From Angustibacter luteus (GTDB lineage Bacteria > Actinomycetota > Actinomycetes > Actinomycetales > Angustibacteraceae): DNA of 64,000 nt. Below the pieces are notes generated by a model. That model was not told where the DNA came from, ran no database searches, and saw only the letters and a program-made list of their open reading frames with translations. The stretch covers positions 992,001-1,056,000 of the forward strand of contig NZ_BAABFP010000002.1 of the NCBI RefSeq assembly GCF_039541115.1, given 5' to 3'. Shown here one piece after another: positions 38,935 through 49,319 of this stretch. The stretch's first letter is position 1; each line of letters starts with the position of its first letter. Both the position numbers and the translations under genes were made by a program.

Positions 38935-39819
38935 TCAAGCCCGCGCCGTCGTCGAAGGGAGCCCGACCAGGTCGGCGCTCGCGTGCCAGAGCCACACCGC
39001 GGCGGCCTCGTCATAGCTGCGCTTGGACGAGGCCTTCACGCGGCGGTTGACGAAGTAGCGGCCACTCACCGTCTCGAGCTCGGGATCGGAGGCGAGGTGG
39101 ACGGGTGTCACGGCTCCCTGAGCGGGCGACTTCATCACCGGGCGCACGAGCGGGACCAGCCACCGCTGGAGGCGGCCGGGGTCGTCGGCTCCGAACGACG
39201 TGCTGACGACGCCAGGGTGCAGCGCGTTGGCGGTGACTCCGGAGCCAGCCGCACGGCGGGCGAGCTCGTGGCTGAACATCACGTTGGCGAGCTTGGACTG
39301 GTTGTAGGCCCGTGCTCCGGAGTACGCACGTTCGCCTTGCAGGTCGTCGAAGTCGATGCGACCCATTCCATGGGCGTTGGAGGCAACGGTGACGACGCGC
39401 GCGGGCGCGCTGAGCGTGAGCCGGTCCAGGAGCAGGTGGGTGAGCAGGAACGGCGCGAGGTGGTTGAGGGCGAACGTGCGCTCCAGGCCGTCGTCCGTGA
39501 GGTGGCGGTTGTGCCAGTACCCGCCGACGTTGTTGACCAGGACGTCGACCCGCGGCAGCGCCGCCAGCACCTCGACAGCCAGACGGCGCACCTCCACCTG
39601 GCTCGACAGGTCCGCGAGGAACACCTCCACTCGCTGGCCGCCGGCCGTGCGGATCTCCTGGGCCGCTGCCTCCGCTCGCCCGCGATGCCTGCCGGTGATC
39701 GCCACGCGGGCTCCCTGGGAAGCCAGTGCCAGAGCGATCGACATCCCGATGCCGGAGGTGCTCCCGGTGATCAGCACCGTCTTGCCGGCCATCGGCCCAC
39801 GTCCGTGGGTCCCCTCCAT
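38935..39819 (-). CDS. short-chain dehydrogenase/reductase (retinol-DH-like)
   Basis: TGSTSGIG, NNVG, YNQSK, LHPGVV; AGGAG RBS. Confidence 0.92.
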   Translation of the reverse strand: MEGTHGRGPMAGKTVLITGSTSGIGMSIALALASQGARVAITGRHRGRAEAAAQEIRTAGGQRVEVFLADLSSQVEVRRLAVEVLAALPRVDVLVNNVGGYWHNRHLTDDGLERTFALNHLAPFLLTHLLLDRLTLSAPARVVTVASNAHGMGRIDFDDLQGERAYSGARAYNQSKLANVMFSHELARRAAGSGVTANALHPGVVSTSFGADDPGRLQRWLVPLVRPVMKSPAQGAVTPVHLASDPELETVSGRYFVNRRVKASSKRSYDEAAAVWLWHASADLVGLPSTTARA

Positions 39820-39845
39820 GGCGCGCTCCTTCGGATGCTGGTGGG

Positions 39846-40649
39846 CTACTTGACCTCTGCGCGGGTGGAGAGAGCGACCCCGATGGCCAGCGGGATGACC
39901 AGCCAGACGACGCCGGTGACGGCGATGTTGGCCCACTGCTCGCCGGTCAAGGACGTGTCGAAGACGAAGAGTCCGGCCTGGGCGAACTGGATGTCGATCC
40001 AGGGCTGCAGGGTGTGGAACCAGTGCTGGCTGGTGGCGAGCAGGCCGAAGACGGTGGGGATGAGGAAGGTGTAGATGAAGTAGGTGACGATGGCGCCGGT
40101 CGAGTTGCGGATCAGGACGCCGAGCATGAAGCCGATGAGCAGGCTCAGGACCATGCCCAGGACGTAGTACAGGCACTGGATCATGGTCACGTCCCAGACC
40201 AGCGGGGCGCTGGTGAGTGCGGCGCCGAGCAGGTTGCCGAGCGCACCGACGGCGAAGGTCAGTGCCATGGCGGCAATCGCGATGATGACTGACGCGATGG
40301 CCTTGGCGCCGATGATCCGGTTGCGATGCGGGACAAGGGTGAACGTGGTGAGGCCGGTGCGCTGGCTCCACTCGCTGGTGACGGCCAGGATCGCGATCAG
40401 CGGCAGGATGATCACCACCGGGAAGCGGATGGCGGTCGCGAAGGTGGAGTAGGTCATCTGGTCGTCCGGGGCGAACAGGATGACGCCGATCGTGGCCAGC
40501 ACGGCAGAGATCCCGATGCTCGCGATCAGCCAGAAGCCGGAGCGGGTGTCGAACATCTTGCGGAGCTCGACCCCGGTGATCCGGGTCAGCGGCATCGTGG
40601 CGACGGAGGCTCGAGGGGCGTGGACGGCGCCGACCGCGATGGCGGTCAT
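39846..40649 (-). CDS. ABC-2 type exporter permease
   Basis: ELRK..TRS, SEWSQRT..T...P.R; 6 TM segments. Confidence 0.88.
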   Translation of the reverse strand: MTAIAVGAVHAPRASVATMPLTRITGVELRKMFDTRSGFWLIASIGISAVLATIGVILFAPDDQMTYSTFATAIRFPVVIILPLIAILAVTSEWSQRTGLTTFTLVPHRNRIIGAKAIASVIIAIAAMALTFAVGALGNLLGAALTSAPLVWDVTMIQCLYYVLGMVLSLLIGFMLGVLIRNSTGAIVTYFIYTFLIPTVFGLLATSQHWFHTLQPWIDIQFAQAGLFVFDTSLTGEQWANIAVTGVVWLVIPLAIGVALSTRAEVK

Positions 40650-41569
40650 GCCACGGCCGCTTCGGGTCGGGTGGCGGGAGGGCCCTCGCGTTGGCTGGCG
40701 GAGGTCAGCTCGAGGAACATCTCCTCCAGGCCGGCTCCCTCGGCGGCCCGCAGCTCGGTGAGCGCGATGCCTGCGTCCAGGGCGACCTGGCCGACGAGGG
40801 CGGCGTCGGCGTCGGTGCGCACGGCGCCGTCCCCGGTCGGGCTGGCGACCAGGCCCCGCTCGTGCAGGGCCATCCCGAGCGCTGGCATGTTGGTGGCCCG
40901 CACGATGGTGCCGGCCGCCTGCAGCAGCTCGGTCTTGGTGCCTCGCGAGACGATGCGGCCGAGCCCGATCATCACGATGTCGTCGGCGATGACCTCGATC
41001 TCGTGCAGCAGGTGCGAGGAGAGCAGGACGGTTCCACCGCGGTCGGCGTAGCCGCGCAGCAGGTCACGCATCCACCGGATGCCGGCCGGGTCCAGACCGT
41101 TGGCCGGCTCGTCCAGGATCAGCACCTCGGGATCGCCGATCAGGGCGGTCGCGATGCCCAGTCGCTGTCGCATCCCCAGGGAGTACTCGCCCACTCGGCG
41201 GGAGGCCTCGTCCGGGGTGAGGCTGACGACCTCGAGCATGTCCTCGACGGTGTGCCGCGGCAGTCCCATGTAGCGCTGGGCCAGGGTCAGGATCTCCCGA
41301 CCGGTGCGCCCGGCGTGCTGCGCCGAGGCATCCAGCAGCACCCCTACCTCGAGACCTGGGTTCGGCAGGTCCGAGAACTGGCGACCGGAGACCGTGACGG
41401 TTCCAGAGGTGGCTCTGGTCAGCCCGACCATGATCCGCATGGTGGTGGACTTCCCGGCGCCGTTGGGACCGAGGAAGCCAGTCACCCGGCCGGGGGAGGC
41501 GGTGAAGGAGACGTCGTCCACGGCGAGGACGGTGCCGTACTTCTTGGTCAGTCCTTCGACGGTGATCAC
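40646..41569 (-). CDS. ABC exporter ATP-binding protein
   Basis: GPNGAGKST, YSLGMRQR, LDEPANGLD. Confidence 0.93.
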   Translation of the reverse strand: MITVEGLTKKYGTVLAVDDVSFTASPGRVTGFLGPNGAGKSTTMRIMVGLTRATSGTVTVSGRQFSDLPNPGLEVGVLLDASAQHAGRTGREILTLAQRYMGLPRHTVEDMLEVVSLTPDEASRRVGEYSLGMRQRLGIATALIGDPEVLILDEPANGLDPAGIRWMRDLLRGYADRGGTVLLSSHLLHEIEVIADDIVMIGLGRIVSRGTKTELLQAAGTIVRATNMPALGMALHERGLVASPTGDGAVRTDADAALVGQVALDAGIALTELRAAEGAGLEEMFLELTSASQREGPPATRPEAAVA

Positions 41570-41626
41570 GGACGACCCCTCCTAACGGAGGTGTGAGGAG
41601 CTGCCAACTACCTGGACGGAGTCTGG

Positions 41627-42391
41627 TCAGCCGACGGGCATCGGCTCCGGCCGAGCCTCGGGCAGCTCGCCGGGCAGCACAGCCGGCGGGGCGGGGGGCG
41701 AAGCCATGTCCGCGGTGAGCGGGGAGGGGTTGAAGCCCTTGAAGGTCATCCAGAGCCCGAACGTCAGCTCCCACAGGGCGATGAGCAGGGCGAGGAAGAA
41801 CGCCGCCGGCGAGAACTGGTCGAAGACGCCGAACATGGTGCACAGCACCGAGATCAGCAGCAGCGGGGAGCCGATCAGCCCCATGGTGGGGATGATCCGG
41901 GGCACCAGACGGGACTGGTACATGACGCTGCCGATGAGCAGTGCGCTCAGGGCGGGCATGAGCCCGGGTCCGAGCAGCACGGTCCAGTCCCGCAGGGCGA
42001 CCAGCGCCTGGCCGCTGGTGACCAGCGACCCGGTGTCCGCTCCGGCCCTGCCGGCCACGTCCTGGCGCACCGTCACGATCGCCATGAGGGCGACGATGCC
42101 GCTGAAGATGATGGCGGCCTCCATCACCCGGGTGGTGACGAAGCCGAGCGCGCGGGCCTCGCTCTGTCGTTTGGCGACCGGGAAGAGGACGACGGCCGTG
42201 CCGACGCCGGCGAGGGCGTTGATCACGTCCAGCACGCACCCGAGGATGACCCGGTTGTCGCTGCCCGAGCCGAGGATGTAGTCGGAGTGGTTCAGCACCG
42301 GGTTCAGCAGGATGACCGCCGGGATGCTGGCGACGAAGGTGACTAGGTAGAGCACGCCCGCGATGAGGGCGACCCGTCGGATGGGACTCAT
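41627..42391 (-). CDS. DUF4386-like membrane protein
   Basis: AGVLYL, R..EA, SRLVPR, WELTFGLWM..KGF. Confidence 0.78.
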   Translation of the reverse strand: MSPIRRVALIAGVLYLVTFVASIPAVILLNPVLNHSDYILGSGSDNRVILGCVLDVINALAGVGTAVVLFPVAKRQSEARALGFVTTRVMEAAIIFSGIVALMAIVTVRQDVAGRAGADTGSLVTSGQALVALRDWTVLLGPGLMPALSALLIGSVMYQSRLVPRIIPTMGLIGSPLLLISVLCTMFGVFDQFSPAAFFLALLIALWELTFGLWMTFKGFNPSPLTADMASPPAPPAVLPGELPEARPEPMPVG

Positions 42392-42416
42392 GTGGAACCA
42401 CCTGCTCAACACATGC

Positions 42417-42468
42417 GGTGTACGGCGTACACCTGGCATCTCGCAAGGTACGGTTTACGCTGTACACC
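42417..42468. promoter_or_regulatory. two TetR operators
   Basis: GGTGTACG-G-CGTACACC perfect palindrome (42417-42433) and GGTTTACGCTGTACACC (42452-42468). Confidence 0.8.
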
Positions 42469-42512
42469 TGTCAAGGGCGGCCCCTCGGCCACCTCGAGAG
42501 GAGGGGCAGCAG

Positions 42513-43244
42513 ATGGCTCAGCCGACTGAGGCGGCCCGGCGCGTCCCGCTCAACAAGGACCGGGTGCTGGAGGCCGCCGTCGCGTTCGCCGACGACGCCG
42601 GGATCGAGTCGCTCAGCATGCGCAACCTCGCCCAGGGGCTGGGGGTGGTTCCGATGGCCCTGTACAAGCACGTCGCGAACAAGGAGGAGCTGCTGGACGG
42701 CATGGTCGACGTCATCGTGACCGAGATCGAGCCGGCGGTCGCCACGACGGACTGGCGCACCGCCGTCCGGCAGCGTGTCCTGTCCGCCCGACAGGCACTG
42801 CTGCGTCACCCCTGGGCGTCTCGCGTCATCGAGACGCGCACGTCGCCGACGCCCCTGGTCCTGGCCTACCTGGACTCGATGATCGGGCTGTTCCGGGCCG
42901 GCGGGTTCTCCATCGACCTGACCCACCACGTCATGCATGCCCTCGGCAGCCGCATGTGGGGTTTCACGCAAGAGGTGTTCGACGCCGCACAGACCTCGGA
43001 GAGTGTCGATCCACGAGTTCAGGCGGCGATGATCGACCAGATGGGCGGCCGGTACCCGCACATCGCGGAGCTCGCCATGGGCGCCTCCCACGAAGGGTGG
43101 TCCGTCGTGGGGCCGGGGTGCGACGACCAGTACGAGTTCGAGTTCGCACTCGACCTGCTGCTCGACGGATTCGAACGCCTCCACCACCAGGGCTGGACCT
43201 CGACCCGGCCACTCGCCCCAAGCGTCCCGGAACGTCGGGTCTAG
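42513..43244 (+). CDS. TetR-family regulator (TetR_C-type)
   Basis: LSMRNLAQGLGVVPMALYKHV.NKEELL; EFEFALDLLLDG. Confidence 0.92.
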   Translation: MAQPTEAARRVPLNKDRVLEAAVAFADDAGIESLSMRNLAQGLGVVPMALYKHVANKEELLDGMVDVIVTEIEPAVATTDWRTAVRQRVLSARQALLRHPWASRVIETRTSPTPLVLAYLDSMIGLFRAGGFSIDLTHHVMHALGSRMWGFTQEVFDAAQTSESVDPRVQAAMIDQMGGRYPHIAELAMGASHEGWSVVGPGCDDQYEFEFALDLLLDGFERLHHQGWTSTRPLAPSVPERRV

Positions 43245-43362
43245 CCCGACCGTCGGCCCCGCACCGTCCGGAGGGTCTACTGTCCAGCTGACGGCACGTG
43301 CCCCAAGTGCAGACGGCTGTACTCGCGCGACGCCAGTGCAGCGAATCGAGTCCATCGTGACG

Positions 43363-44745
43363 ATGACCCCCGTCCCCGTGCCGAGTGCCACGCCAGGGGA
43401 CGGGTCAAGTGCCTGGTCACCCGCCGTCCCCGAACCACGGGGGCACATCGGTTGGGTCGTGTTCGGGTCGTTGGCGGTCGGACTCCTCGCCGCACTGCTC
43501 CTGGTCGCCGCCCCGTTCGTCGCCGATGAGCCACGCGCCGTCACCGGTGCGGTCCTGTGCGGGTTCGCGCTGGGCTGGACGATGTTGGCCGTGCTCTCGG
43601 TGCGGTTGACCGACCAGCCTCAGGCCTGGGCCATGGTTCCCGCCGCGTTCATGGGGCTCGGTGGCCTCCTCCTGCTGCTGTTCGGCTCCTCGGTGGACAC
43701 GGTGCTCAGCTGGGTGTGGCCGCCCACCTTGCTGGCGCTCGTGGTCTGGATGGTGGTGCAGGCCCACCGGCACTTGCGGAGCCGCAGCCGACGCTGGCTG
43801 CTCTACCCAGTGCTCGCGACGTTGGCGCTGGCCGCCGTGGGCGGCGCCTACGAGACGGTCAGCGCCGCCACCGACAACCCGCCTGCCATGTCCGGCCAGT
43901 CCGTCGACGTCGGTGGCCACTCCCTCCGGCTCCACTGCACCGGAAGTGGCAGCCCCACGGTCGTGCTGCAGCCCGGGGGTGGCGCGCTGTCCTCGGACAT
44001 GGGCTGGATCGCGCCCCGGGTTGCCGCCGACACCCGCGTCTGCGTGTACGACCGCCCCGGTCGCGGCGGGAGCGACCCGGTCAGTACCCGCGAGGACGCT
44101 TCCCAGATCGCGACCGACCTGCACACCCTGTTGCTGGGCGCGAACGTCCCCGGGCCCTACGTGCTGGCCGGGCACTCGTTCGGTGGGCTCTACGTGCTCA
44201 CCTACGCCGCCCGGTACCCCGATGAGGTCGCCGGGATGGTCCTCGTGGACACCACTGCACCGCACAAGACGCCGCCTGCCGCAGCCTCCGCCGACCCGAA
44301 CGCCTACTACCCCCTGGGCCGGGTCACCACCCTGCTCTCCACCACTGCTCGCCTTGGTATGACCCGCCTGTACGCGCCGATCGAGGCCGGCACCCTGCCG
44401 CCCACGTCAGAAGCCGAAGCGCAGGCCAACCTCGCCACCGGCGCCAACCTGCGCAGCTTCGTGGACGAGTTCGCCCAAGCCAGCGCCTCGGCGACCGAGG
44501 CAGGGGCGTTCACCGACTTCGGCGCCAAGCCCTTGCTCGTGCTCACCGCCGGGACCGGAAGCGACGCCGACCTGCTCGCCAGCCATGAGCGGCTCGCGGG
44601 CATGTCGACCAACAGTGCGCACCGCGTCATCGACGGCGCGAGCCACCAGGAGCTCCTCTGGGACGAGCGGGACTCGGCCGCGACGAGTCAGGCGGTCCTG
44701 GACGTCGTCGCAGCGATCCGAGCCACGGCACCCCTGGCCCCGTAG
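43363..44745 (+). CDS. membrane-anchored alpha/beta hydrolase
   Basis: N-terminal TM bundle; YDRPGRG.SD, GHSFGG, GASH. Confidence 0.85.
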   Translation: MTPVPVPSATPGDGSSAWSPAVPEPRGHIGWVVFGSLAVGLLAALLLVAAPFVADEPRAVTGAVLCGFALGWTMLAVLSVRLTDQPQAWAMVPAAFMGLGGLLLLLFGSSVDTVLSWVWPPTLLALVVWMVVQAHRHLRSRSRRWLLYPVLATLALAAVGGAYETVSAATDNPPAMSGQSVDVGGHSLRLHCTGSGSPTVVLQPGGGALSSDMGWIAPRVAADTRVCVYDRPGRGGSDPVSTREDASQIATDLHTLLLGANVPGPYVLAGHSFGGLYVLTYAARYPDEVAGMVLVDTTAPHKTPPAAASADPNAYYPLGRVTTLLSTTARLGMTRLYAPIEAGTLPPTSEAEAQANLATGANLRSFVDEFAQASASATEAGAFTDFGAKPLLVLTAGTGSDADLLASHERLAGMSTNSAHRVIDGASHQELLWDERDSAATSQAVLDVVAAIRATAPLAP

Positions 44746-44788
44746 CGCCGGCCAGGTTGGCGAGCGTCGAGCCGAAGGGATCAACCGC

Positions 44789-44819
44789 AAAACACGAAAC
44801 CCCCACGCGAGGTGAGGGT
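44789..44819 (-). terminator. intrinsic terminator downstream of tRNA-Tyr
   Basis: minus strand ACCCTCAC-CTCGC-GTGGGGGT followed by TTCGTGTTTT. Confidence 0.6.
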
Positions 44820-44844
44820 CAGGTGTCTGGTGGAGTCCAACCAG

Positions 44845-44925
44845 TGGCAGGTGAAGGATTCGAACCTTCGAAGCTTTCGCGACGGATTTACAGTCCGCTC
44901 CCATTGGCCGCTCGGGCAACCTGCC
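44845..44925 (-). tRNA. tRNA-Tyr (GTA)
   Basis: GGCAGGTTGCCCGAGCGGCCAATGGGAGCGGACTGTAAATCC...GGTTCGAATCCTTCACCTGCCA; long variable arm. Confidence 0.95.
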
Positions 44926-45008
44926 GTGCCGCAGCCGGGAGTGACCCCCTGCCGCGACGGATGGAAGGATAGCAAGGACGCACCCCAGATCTGAAAACGG
45001 AGGACCCC

Positions 45009-45497
45009 ATGGCCGACTCGTCGATGGACGTCGTGAGCAAGGTCGACCGTCAGGAGGTCGACAACGCGCTCAACCAGGCCGCGAAGGAGGTCGCCCAGCG
45101 GTACGACTTCAAGGGCACCGACGCGTCGGTGGGCTGGAGCGGCGAGACCATCCTGATCAAGGCCAACAGCGAGGAGCGCGCCAAGGCCGTCCTCGACGTC
45201 CTGCAGACCAAGCTCGTGCACCGCGGCGTCTCGCTGAAGTCCCTGGAGTCCGATGACCCCAAGCCCTCCGGCAAGGAGTTCCGGATCGAGTCCACCCTGA
45301 AGGAGGGGCTCAGCCAGGAGAACGCCAAGAAGGTCTCCAAGCTGATCCGCGAGGAGGGCCCGAAGTCGGTCAAGGCGCACATCCAGGGCGACGAGCTGCG
45401 GGTCACCAGCAAGTCCCGCGACGACCTGCAGGAGGTCCAGCGGATGCTCAAGGCGGCCGACCTCGACGTGGCGCTGCAGTTCACCAACTACCGGTGA
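45009..45497 (+). CDS. yajQ: YajQ-family nucleotide / c-di-GMP-binding protein
   Basis: [37 protein letters not shown]. Confidence 0.95.
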   Translation: MADSSMDVVSKVDRQEVDNALNQAAKEVAQRYDFKGTDASVGWSGETILIKANSEERAKAVLDVLQTKLVHRGVSLKSLESDDPKPSGKEFRIESTLKEGLSQENAKKVSKLIREEGPKSVKAHIQGDELRVTSKSRDDLQEVQRMLKAADLDVALQFTNYR

Positions 45498-45504
45498 GCA
45501 CGCG

Positions 45505-46800
45505 GTGAACTGGGGGCGGTCGGTGCAGGCCGCCATCTACCGCGAGGGCGTCTTCGGTCGCCGTCCGGTGGTGCCGACGTCCCCTTCCGCCCTCGAGCAC
45601 GCGGCGCGGCGGCGGATGAGCCGCCGCGCCTACGCCTACGTGGCCGGGTCCGCCGGTCAGGAGCGCACCGCCCAGGCCAACGTCGACGCGTTCGAGCGCT
45701 GGCAGATCGTGCCGCGCATGCTGCGCGACGTCTCGACCCCGGACGTCGGCCTCGACCTGTTCGGGGACCACCTGCCCGCACCGCTGCTGCTGGCCCCCAT
45801 CGGGGTGCTGGAGATGGCCCACCACGAGGCCGACCTCGCCGTCGGGCGCGCGGCCGCGTCCCTCGGTCTGCCGGCCATCCTGTCCAGCCAGGCGTCCCGG
45901 CCGATGGAGCAGGTCGCGGACGCGATGGGCACGACGCCGCACTGGTTCCAGCTCTACTGGAGCAACAACGACGACCTCGCCCAGAGCTTCGTGCAGCGCG
46001 CCGAGGCCAGTGGCGCGAGCGCCCTCGTGGTCACGCTCGACACCCACTCCCTGGGCTGGCGCACCCGCGACCTGGACCTCGCGTTCCTGCCGTTCGCGCA
46101 CGGCCTGGGCATCGCGCAGTACACCTCGGATCCGGTCTTCGCCGACCTGGTGGCCCAGCGCGTGGCCAGCGGCAGCCGCGCCGACGGGCACCAGCCGCGG
46201 CCCACGCCCGCCGCCGTCCGGGCGCTGGTGTCGATGGCCCGGCACTACCCCGGCGACGACAGCCTGACCACCCGGCTGCGCTCGCCGCTGCCGCGCGCCG
46301 CCGTCGAGACCTTCCTCGACGTGTTCTCCCGGCCCTCGCTGACCTGGCGGGACCTCGGCTGGCTCCGCGACCAGACGACCCTGCCCATCGTGCTCAAGGG
46401 AATCCAGCACCCGGACGACGCGGCGCAGGCTCTCGATGCGGGTGTCGACGGGCTCGTGGTCTCGAACCACGGCGGTCGCCAGGTCGACGACGCCATCGGC
46501 TCCCTGGACGCACTGCCCGGCGTCGTCGACCGGGTCGACGGGCGGGTGCCGGTGCTGTTCGACAGTGGGGTGCGCTCCGGCGCCGACGTCTTCGTGGCCC
46601 TGGCCCTCGGCGCCACTGCCGTCTGCCTGGGCCGACCCTGGGTCTACGGGCTGGCGCTGGCCGGTGAGCGCGGCGTCCGGACGGTGCTGCAGCACGTCGC
46701 CGCCGAGCTCGAGCTGACCATGGCCCTGGCGGGCTGCGCGAGCCTGGCCGACGTCGACCGCCGCGCCGTCACCCCGGCCGGCCGCGACCGCACTCCGTGA
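45505..46800 (+). CDS. FMN-dependent alpha-hydroxy acid oxidase (lactate 2-monooxygenase-like)
   Basis: [36 protein letters not shown]. Confidence 0.88.
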   Translation: MNWGRSVQAAIYREGVFGRRPVVPTSPSALEHAARRRMSRRAYAYVAGSAGQERTAQANVDAFERWQIVPRMLRDVSTPDVGLDLFGDHLPAPLLLAPIGVLEMAHHEADLAVGRAAASLGLPAILSSQASRPMEQVADAMGTTPHWFQLYWSNNDDLAQSFVQRAEASGASALVVTLDTHSLGWRTRDLDLAFLPFAHGLGIAQYTSDPVFADLVAQRVASGSRADGHQPRPTPAAVRALVSMARHYPGDDSLTTRLRSPLPRAAVETFLDVFSRPSLTWRDLGWLRDQTTLPIVLKGIQHPDDAAQALDAGVDGLVVSNHGGRQVDDAIGSLDALPGVVDRVDGRVPVLFDSGVRSGADVFVALALGATAVCLGRPWVYGLALAGERGVRTVLQHVAAELELTMALAGCASLADVDRRAVTPAGRDRTP

Positions 46801-47672
46801 GCCGGCCGACCCGGCCGACCCGACGTCAGGTCCTCGGCGGTGCGCTGGCGAGCGCCCTGCTGGCCGGCTGCGGCGGCCGGGACGACGGCCGCGCTGCCGT
46901 CCCCGACGCGCGCCGACACACCTACCGGTACGGCGCGGACGACGTCCAGGTCGCCGACCTGCTGCTGCCGACGACCCCCGCCAGCCGGGTCGCCGTCCTG
47001 GTGCACGGCGGGTACTGGCAGGCGGAGTACCGCAAGTCGCTCGAGGACCAGGTCGCCGCTGACCTGGTCAGCCGCGGCTGGGCGGTCTGGAACATCGACT
47101 ACCGCGGGATCGGCGGGGGCGGCGGGTGGCCGACCACGTTCACGGACGTGGCGAGCGCCACCGACCTGCTCGCCACCGCCGCCGCCGAGCACCACCTCCC
47201 GACGGACGGCGTCCTGGCGGTGGGTCACTCGGCCGGTGGCCCGCTGGCGCTCTGGCTCGCCGCCCGCTCGAACCTCGGAGCGCGGGCGCCGGGCGGACGC
47301 CCGAAGGTCCGGGTGGTCGGCGCCGTCAGCCAGGCGGGCGTCAACGACCTGGCGGCCGGCTCTGAGGCAGGGCTCGGTGGCGGTGCCGTCGACGACCTGA
47401 TGGGTGGGACGCCGGTCGAGCAACCCGCGCGCTACGCGGTCGCCGACCCGCGGCTGCTGGTGCCGCTGCGGGTTCCGCTGCTGGTGGTCACCGGCGGTGC
47501 CGACGACGTGGTGCCGCTGGAGCAGTCCACCGGGTTCGCCGCGGCCGCCCGGGCGGACGGGGACGACGTCCAGCTGTCAGTGGTACCGGGCGAGGACCAC
47601 GGCGCGCACCTGGACCCGACGTCGACCTGCTGGCGGACGACGCGGGACTGGCTCGAGGCTCAGCGGCGGTAG
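46797..47672 (+). CDS. Tat lipoprotein alpha/beta hydrolase (esterase-like)
   Basis: TRRQVL + LAGC; HGGYW, GHSAGG, DDVVP, EDH. Confidence 0.87.
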   Translation: MSRPTRPTRRQVLGGALASALLAGCGGRDDGRAAVPDARRHTYRYGADDVQVADLLLPTTPASRVAVLVHGGYWQAEYRKSLEDQVAADLVSRGWAVWNIDYRGIGGGGGWPTTFTDVASATDLLATAAAEHHLPTDGVLAVGHSAGGPLALWLAARSNLGARAPGGRPKVRVVGAVSQAGVNDLAAGSEAGLGGGAVDDLMGGTPVEQPARYAVADPRLLVPLRVPLLVVTGGADDVVPLEQSTGFAAAARADGDDVQLSVVPGEDHGAHLDPTSTCWRTTRDWLEAQRR

Positions 47673-48529
47673 CCGGCCTTTGCCTCCAGCCGGGCGATGC
47701 GCTCGGCCATCGGCGGGTGGGTGCTGAAGAGCTTGCTGATCCCGTCGCCGCGGAACGGGTTCGCGATGAACAGGGTGCTGGCGTTGACCAGGTCGCGGTC
47801 CGGGGGCAGCGGCAGCTGCTGGGTGCCGGTCTCGAGCTTGCGCAGCGCGGACGCGAGGGCGAGGGGGTCGCCGGTCAGGGTCGCACCGTCCTCGTCCGCG
47901 TCGTACTCGCGGGTCCGGCTGATGGCGAGCTGGATGACGGTGGCAGCCAGGGGGGCGGCGATGGCGATCAGGATCATCGCGAAAGGGTTGGGCCGGTCGT
48001 CGTCGTCCCCACCGAAACCGCCGCCGAAGAAGAGCCCGATCTGGGCGACCGAGGTGATCACGCCACCGATGGCGGCGGCGACGGACGAGGTCAGGATGTC
48101 CCGGTTGTAGACGTGCATGAGCTCGTGGCCGAGGACGCCGCGCAGCTCGCGCTCATCCAGCAGCTGCAGGATGCCCTCGGTGCAGCAGACGGCGGCGTTG
48201 CGCGGGTTGCGTCCGGTGGCGAAGGCGTTCGGCGCCATGGTGGGCGAGACGTACAGCCGCGGCATGGGCTGCTGCGCGGCGGTCGACAGCTCGCGCACGA
48301 TCCGGTACATCGCGGGCTGCTCGGCCTCGCTCACCGGGTGGGCGTGCATGGCCTTGATCGCTAGCTTGTCGCTGTTCCAGTAGCCGTAGCCGGTCATCAC
48401 GACACCGAGCAGCGCGAACGCCCAGATGTACTGCCCGCCCTGGAACACGGCGCCGATCATCAGCAGCACGGCGAAGATGCTCGCGAACAGCAGCGTCGTC
48501 TTCAGCCCGTTGTAGTGCTGGTGGCCCAT
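47660..48529 (-). CDS. htpX: zinc metalloprotease HtpX
   Basis: PNAFATGR, HELMH, SRTREY.AD, FSTHPP. Confidence 0.95.
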   Translation of the reverse strand: MGHQHYNGLKTTLLFASIFAVLLMIGAVFQGGQYIWAFALLGVVMTGYGYWNSDKLAIKAMHAHPVSEAEQPAMYRIVRELSTAAQQPMPRLYVSPTMAPNAFATGRNPRNAAVCCTEGILQLLDERELRGVLGHELMHVYNRDILTSSVAAAIGGVITSVAQIGLFFGGGFGGDDDDRPNPFAMILIAIAAPLAATVIQLAISRTREYDADEDGATLTGDPLALASALRKLETGTQQLPLPPDRDLVNASTLFIANPFRGDGISKLFSTHPPMAERIARLEAKAGYRR

Positions 48530-48680
48530 CTCACCCTTCCGTCCGTCGTCCGATCTCGAAGCATCCACCCGGCTGCCCGAACGATCAACGTGCGACGGGT
48601 GCCTGGACGTTCCCGCTCGGCTAGCGATGATTCTGCCGCCCCCGCGAGGTCTGCCCCACGAAACCTCCGGAAGGACACCC

Positions 48681-49283
48681 ATGCCACCGTTCGACCTGCA
48701 CGCCGCAACCGCCGAGGTCGCCCGCGTCGCCGCCCGGGTGCGCGACGACCAGCTGACCGCTCCGACGCCGAGCGTCGACACGGTCGCGACCCTGCTGGAC
48801 CACCTGCTGGGGCTGTGCCTGGCGTTCACCTGGGGCGCGCAGAAGCAGGAGCCGCCCGTCGGCGGTGGCCCCGGGCCGGGGTCGGCGGACGGCTCCCGGC
48901 TGGACCCGGGGTGGCGCACCGAGCTGCCGCAGCGGTTGGCAGCGCTGGCCGCGGCCTGGGACGACCCGGCCGCCTGGACCGGCGAGGCCACGGTCGGGGG
49001 CGTGACGATGCCGGGTGAGGTGACGGCGTCCGTCGCGCTCGACGAGGTGGTGATGCACGGGTGGGACCTGGCGGTCGCGACCGGTCAGGAGTTCACGTGC
49101 GACCCGGTGAGCGCGGAGGTGGTGCTGGCCTTCACCGCGGCATCCGCCGCTCCCGAGGCGGCACCGATGCGGAAGGGGCTCTTCGGCCCCGTGGTGCCGG
49201 TGCCGGACGACGCCCCGGCGTTCGCGCGGGCACTCGGGTTCGCCGGCCGTGATCCGGCCTGGAGACCCCCGACCAGGGACTAA
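48681..49283 (+). CDS. TIGR03086 / MDMPI-like metal-binding protein
   Basis: PTP, LLDHL, EVVMHGWDLA.ATG, GRDP. Confidence 0.85.
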   Translation: MPPFDLHAATAEVARVAARVRDDQLTAPTPSVDTVATLLDHLLGLCLAFTWGAQKQEPPVGGGPGPGSADGSRLDPGWRTELPQRLAALAAAWDDPAAWTGEATVGGVTMPGEVTASVALDEVVMHGWDLAVATGQEFTCDPVSAEVVLAFTAASAAPEAAPMRKGLFGPVVPVPDDAPAFARALGFAGRDPAWRPPTRD

Positions 49284-49319
49284 GGTGCACGCGTCGACCC
49301 GCCGCCTGGAGGTGCGCCC

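Noticed and set aside
44845..44870. attL/attR duplication of the tRNA-Tyr 3' end
   Set aside because: No second copy seen by eye in the window; a short degenerate copy could have been missed.
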